Origin: Saccostrea cucullata
Lineage: Eukaryota
DNA: 64,000 nt
Direction: 5' to 3'
Assembly (NCBI RefSeq): GCF_032062105.1
Contig: NW_026918135.1
Span: 1-64,000, forward strand
Shown here: one piece after another, positions 61,396-64,000 of the stretch
Numbering within the stretch: the first letter of the stretch is position 1
Layout: each line of letters starts with the position of its first letter
Position numbers and translations under genes: made by a program
Notes under the pieces: model-generated
The model's database searches: none
What the model was told of the DNA's origin: nothing
Seen by the model: the letters and a program-made list of their open reading frames with translations, nothing else

Positions 61396-62978
61396 TTTTT
61401 AGCTCACCTCAATGAAGTTGGGGGGAGCTTATGTGATACCCTCGGCGTCGGTGTCGGCGTCCCGGGTTAAGGTTAAGTTTTTTGGAGCAGTTTTCTTTTT
61501 AAGTACTTCTATGTCCTTTATTGATTAGACATGCATGGAAGATGTTGCTATTGTGTTTCATTGTACCAGTCAAAGTTTCAGATGCTGCAATTTCAGCAAA
61601 GGAATAAACAGGTTAATGTTTTTGGTGCAGGTTAACATTTTTGGTGCAGTTTTTGGTGTAGGTCTCATTTCTGAGTAACTATAAGCCCTATGTTGACCAA
61701 ACTTACATGGATGATACATCTTAGGATGCATACTACCAGCCTTGCTCCGGATGCTGAATCTGACCTACATTTTCCGGATGAGTGAACAGGTTAAAGTTTT
61801 TGGTAATGGTTTCATTTTGAAGATACTTTGAGCCCTATAATGACCAAACTTGCATAGATGGTAAATCTTAGGATGTATTCTACTAAACTTGCTTCGGATG
61901 CTGAATCTGACCTACATTTTCCGGTTGAGTGAACAGGTTAAAGTTTTTGGTGCAGGTTTCATTTCCAAGTTACTATGAGACATATAATGACCAAACTTAC
62001 ATGGATGATACATCTTAGGATGCATACTACCAGCCCTGCTTCGGATGCTGAGTCTGACCTACATTTTCGGGTTGAGTGAACAGTTTAAAATTTTTGGTGA
62101 AGGTTTCATTTTGAAGATACTTTGAGCCCTATAATGACCAAACTTGCATGGATGGTACATCTTATGATGTAATCTACTAGACTTGCTTCGGATGCTGAAT
62201 CTGACCTACATTTTCCGGTTGAGTGAACAGGTTAAAGTTTTTGGTGCAGATTTCTTTTCCAAGTTACTATGAGACATATAATGACCAAACTTGCATGGAT
62301 GGTACATCTTAGGATGCATATTACAAGACCTGCTTCGGATGCTGAATCTGACCTACATTTTCCGGTTGAGTGAACAGGTTAAAATTTTTGGTGCAGGTTT
62401 CATTTCCAAGGTAGAGTACTATGAACCCTATAACGACTAAATTGCATGGATGGTACATCTAAGGGTGCATTCTACTAGGCTGGCTTCGGATGCTGAATCT
62501 GACCTACATTTTCTGGATTAGTGGAAAGGTTAATTTTTTTATACAGGTTTCATTTGCAAGTAACTTTAAGCCCTATGTTGACCAAACTTACATGGATGAT
62601 ACATCTTAGGATGCACACTAATGGACTTGCTTCAGATGCTGAATTGGACATACATTTTCCAGATAATAGACCTCGTAAAAGTTATGGGTGCAAGTCTATC
62701 ACCAAGAAACTATAAGGCTTATATAAACCAGTTGCACAAATGATACATCAAGGGATGAAAACTCTCAATCTTGCTTCAGATGCTGGATTTTAATTACATT
62801 TTCATGATGAAGAACTAGTTTTTAGTTTTTATATAGGTCTATTCCAAAGTATCAAATTTGCATAAATTTTGCATTTTTGGATGTACACTTTTTGTTGGTT
62901 AATTGTGTGACTTAATTTGCCTTACTTAAAGACAACACACGTTGAGGTGAGCTCTGTAATCTCTGATTACCTATGTTT
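61396..62978 (+). mobile_element. HINE with 147-bp satellite core (about 8-9 units)
   Basis: Subterminal IR AGCTCACCTCAA / TTGAGGTGAGCT; (CGGCGT)n; unit marker GGATGCTGAATCTGACC at 61749, 61896, 62043, 62190, 62337, 62488; 3' palindrome GTAATC-TCT-GATTAC. Confidence 0.9.
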
Positions 62979-64000
62979 CCCCCTAGGGAGAAAAGCTACA
63001 ACATAGCAGATTTTCCCCCATAGTAGGGTTTCCCCCTAACGTTTTTGGTTTAGATTTTTGAAAATTGTTTATGGAAAGCTGATTAGGCTTTTTAAAATCG
63101 ATGTTTTGAACAGTGACTGAAGTACGTTACATATATGTACTTGCATACATTAATGAACGAAAAAGTGTTTATTGTCAACTGTATAAACGTAAAGAATTTA
63201 TCATACAGGCAATTCATCGAACTACTTGGATACTATATTTAAAACTTAAATTATACAACGTACATGAATTATATATTTCAAATACATGTATACACGTGCT
63301 ATGAATTTAAGGACTTTTTTCCCCTTTTTTAACTAAATTTAATTTTTTATGTGAAACAAAATCTTCTGACATTGTCTTTGTTATAAACATGTGTCAGCCA
63401 TGTGATCCATAGTGCACGCTGATAGCGAACGCGCTTATAATGAATATTGACGCTTACAGCAAAGTGATTTTAATTCCCAATGACTGTAATCGTAACAGAT
63501 ATAACGATAACGGTTATAACAAAGCAAAATCCTTCATCCCTGGCACTTTGTTATAAGCGTTTCTTACCGAACTTTAATGTTGTAAGACGCCATATTAAAT
63601 TCAATAAAAAAAACGTGTAAAATAGAAAGGAATAGTTAGTGCCAATTTTATTAGATTTAACTTTAAAGATTTAGCTTTTTTATTGTATTTACAATATATT
63701 TCTTCAGTAAACACATTGCCCCCCCCCCCCCCCACCCCGCCCTTTCATTGTTTTGAAAAAAGAAGTCCCAGGTTTGTGGACTAGACTAAGGAATAGCGAA
63801 TGTTCCCAAATAATTATTTCAAAGTATAATTATTTTGATAAATCAGCAACTTTTGAAATTTGTATTTATTTAAATGCAACACCATTTACCTGAGCCAGTA
63901 TAAAGATAAGATTAAGAAATAGTTAATAAAATAACTTTTTAACTTGCATATCTTCATTTGTTTTCTTTTGTAGTAATTCATGATTTTTTTTTTATAGTGA

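Overview
AT-rich eukaryotic DNA, almost certainly a bivalve and probably an oyster (an oyster-satellite-like monomer, Helentron-associated HINE elements and a tRNA-SINE are present). There is no prokaryotic operon, CRISPR array, rRNA or tRNA gene. Most of the window is nested transposons. (1) A rosa-like (DD41D) Tc1/mariner gene is split by a 13.7-kb Phantom-type Mutator (8-bp TSD, spliced PHD-FLYWCH-MULE gene), which itself holds a young full-length BEL/Pao retrotransposon. (2) Two Naiad-like Penelope RT copies. (3) A decayed Ngaro/DIRS element with an SGNH hydrolase ORF. (4) A four-level nest: Merlin > CR1/L2 > hAT-like MITE > solo LTR. (5) Gypsy remnants, a second BEL/Pao, several HINEs with satellite cores, and TTAA MITEs. 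The least explained part is about 26-34 kb. It holds a spliced orphan type-I membrane mucin-like gene (minus strand) whose first intron has a GC-rich structured island. Head-to-head with it is a plus-strand chain of tiny, mostly 3n exons, followed by a hairpin and CTAG resembling a Helitron 3' end. Several frameshifts fall in homopolymers and may be assembly errors. All calls come from reading the sequence by eye; no database searches were run.
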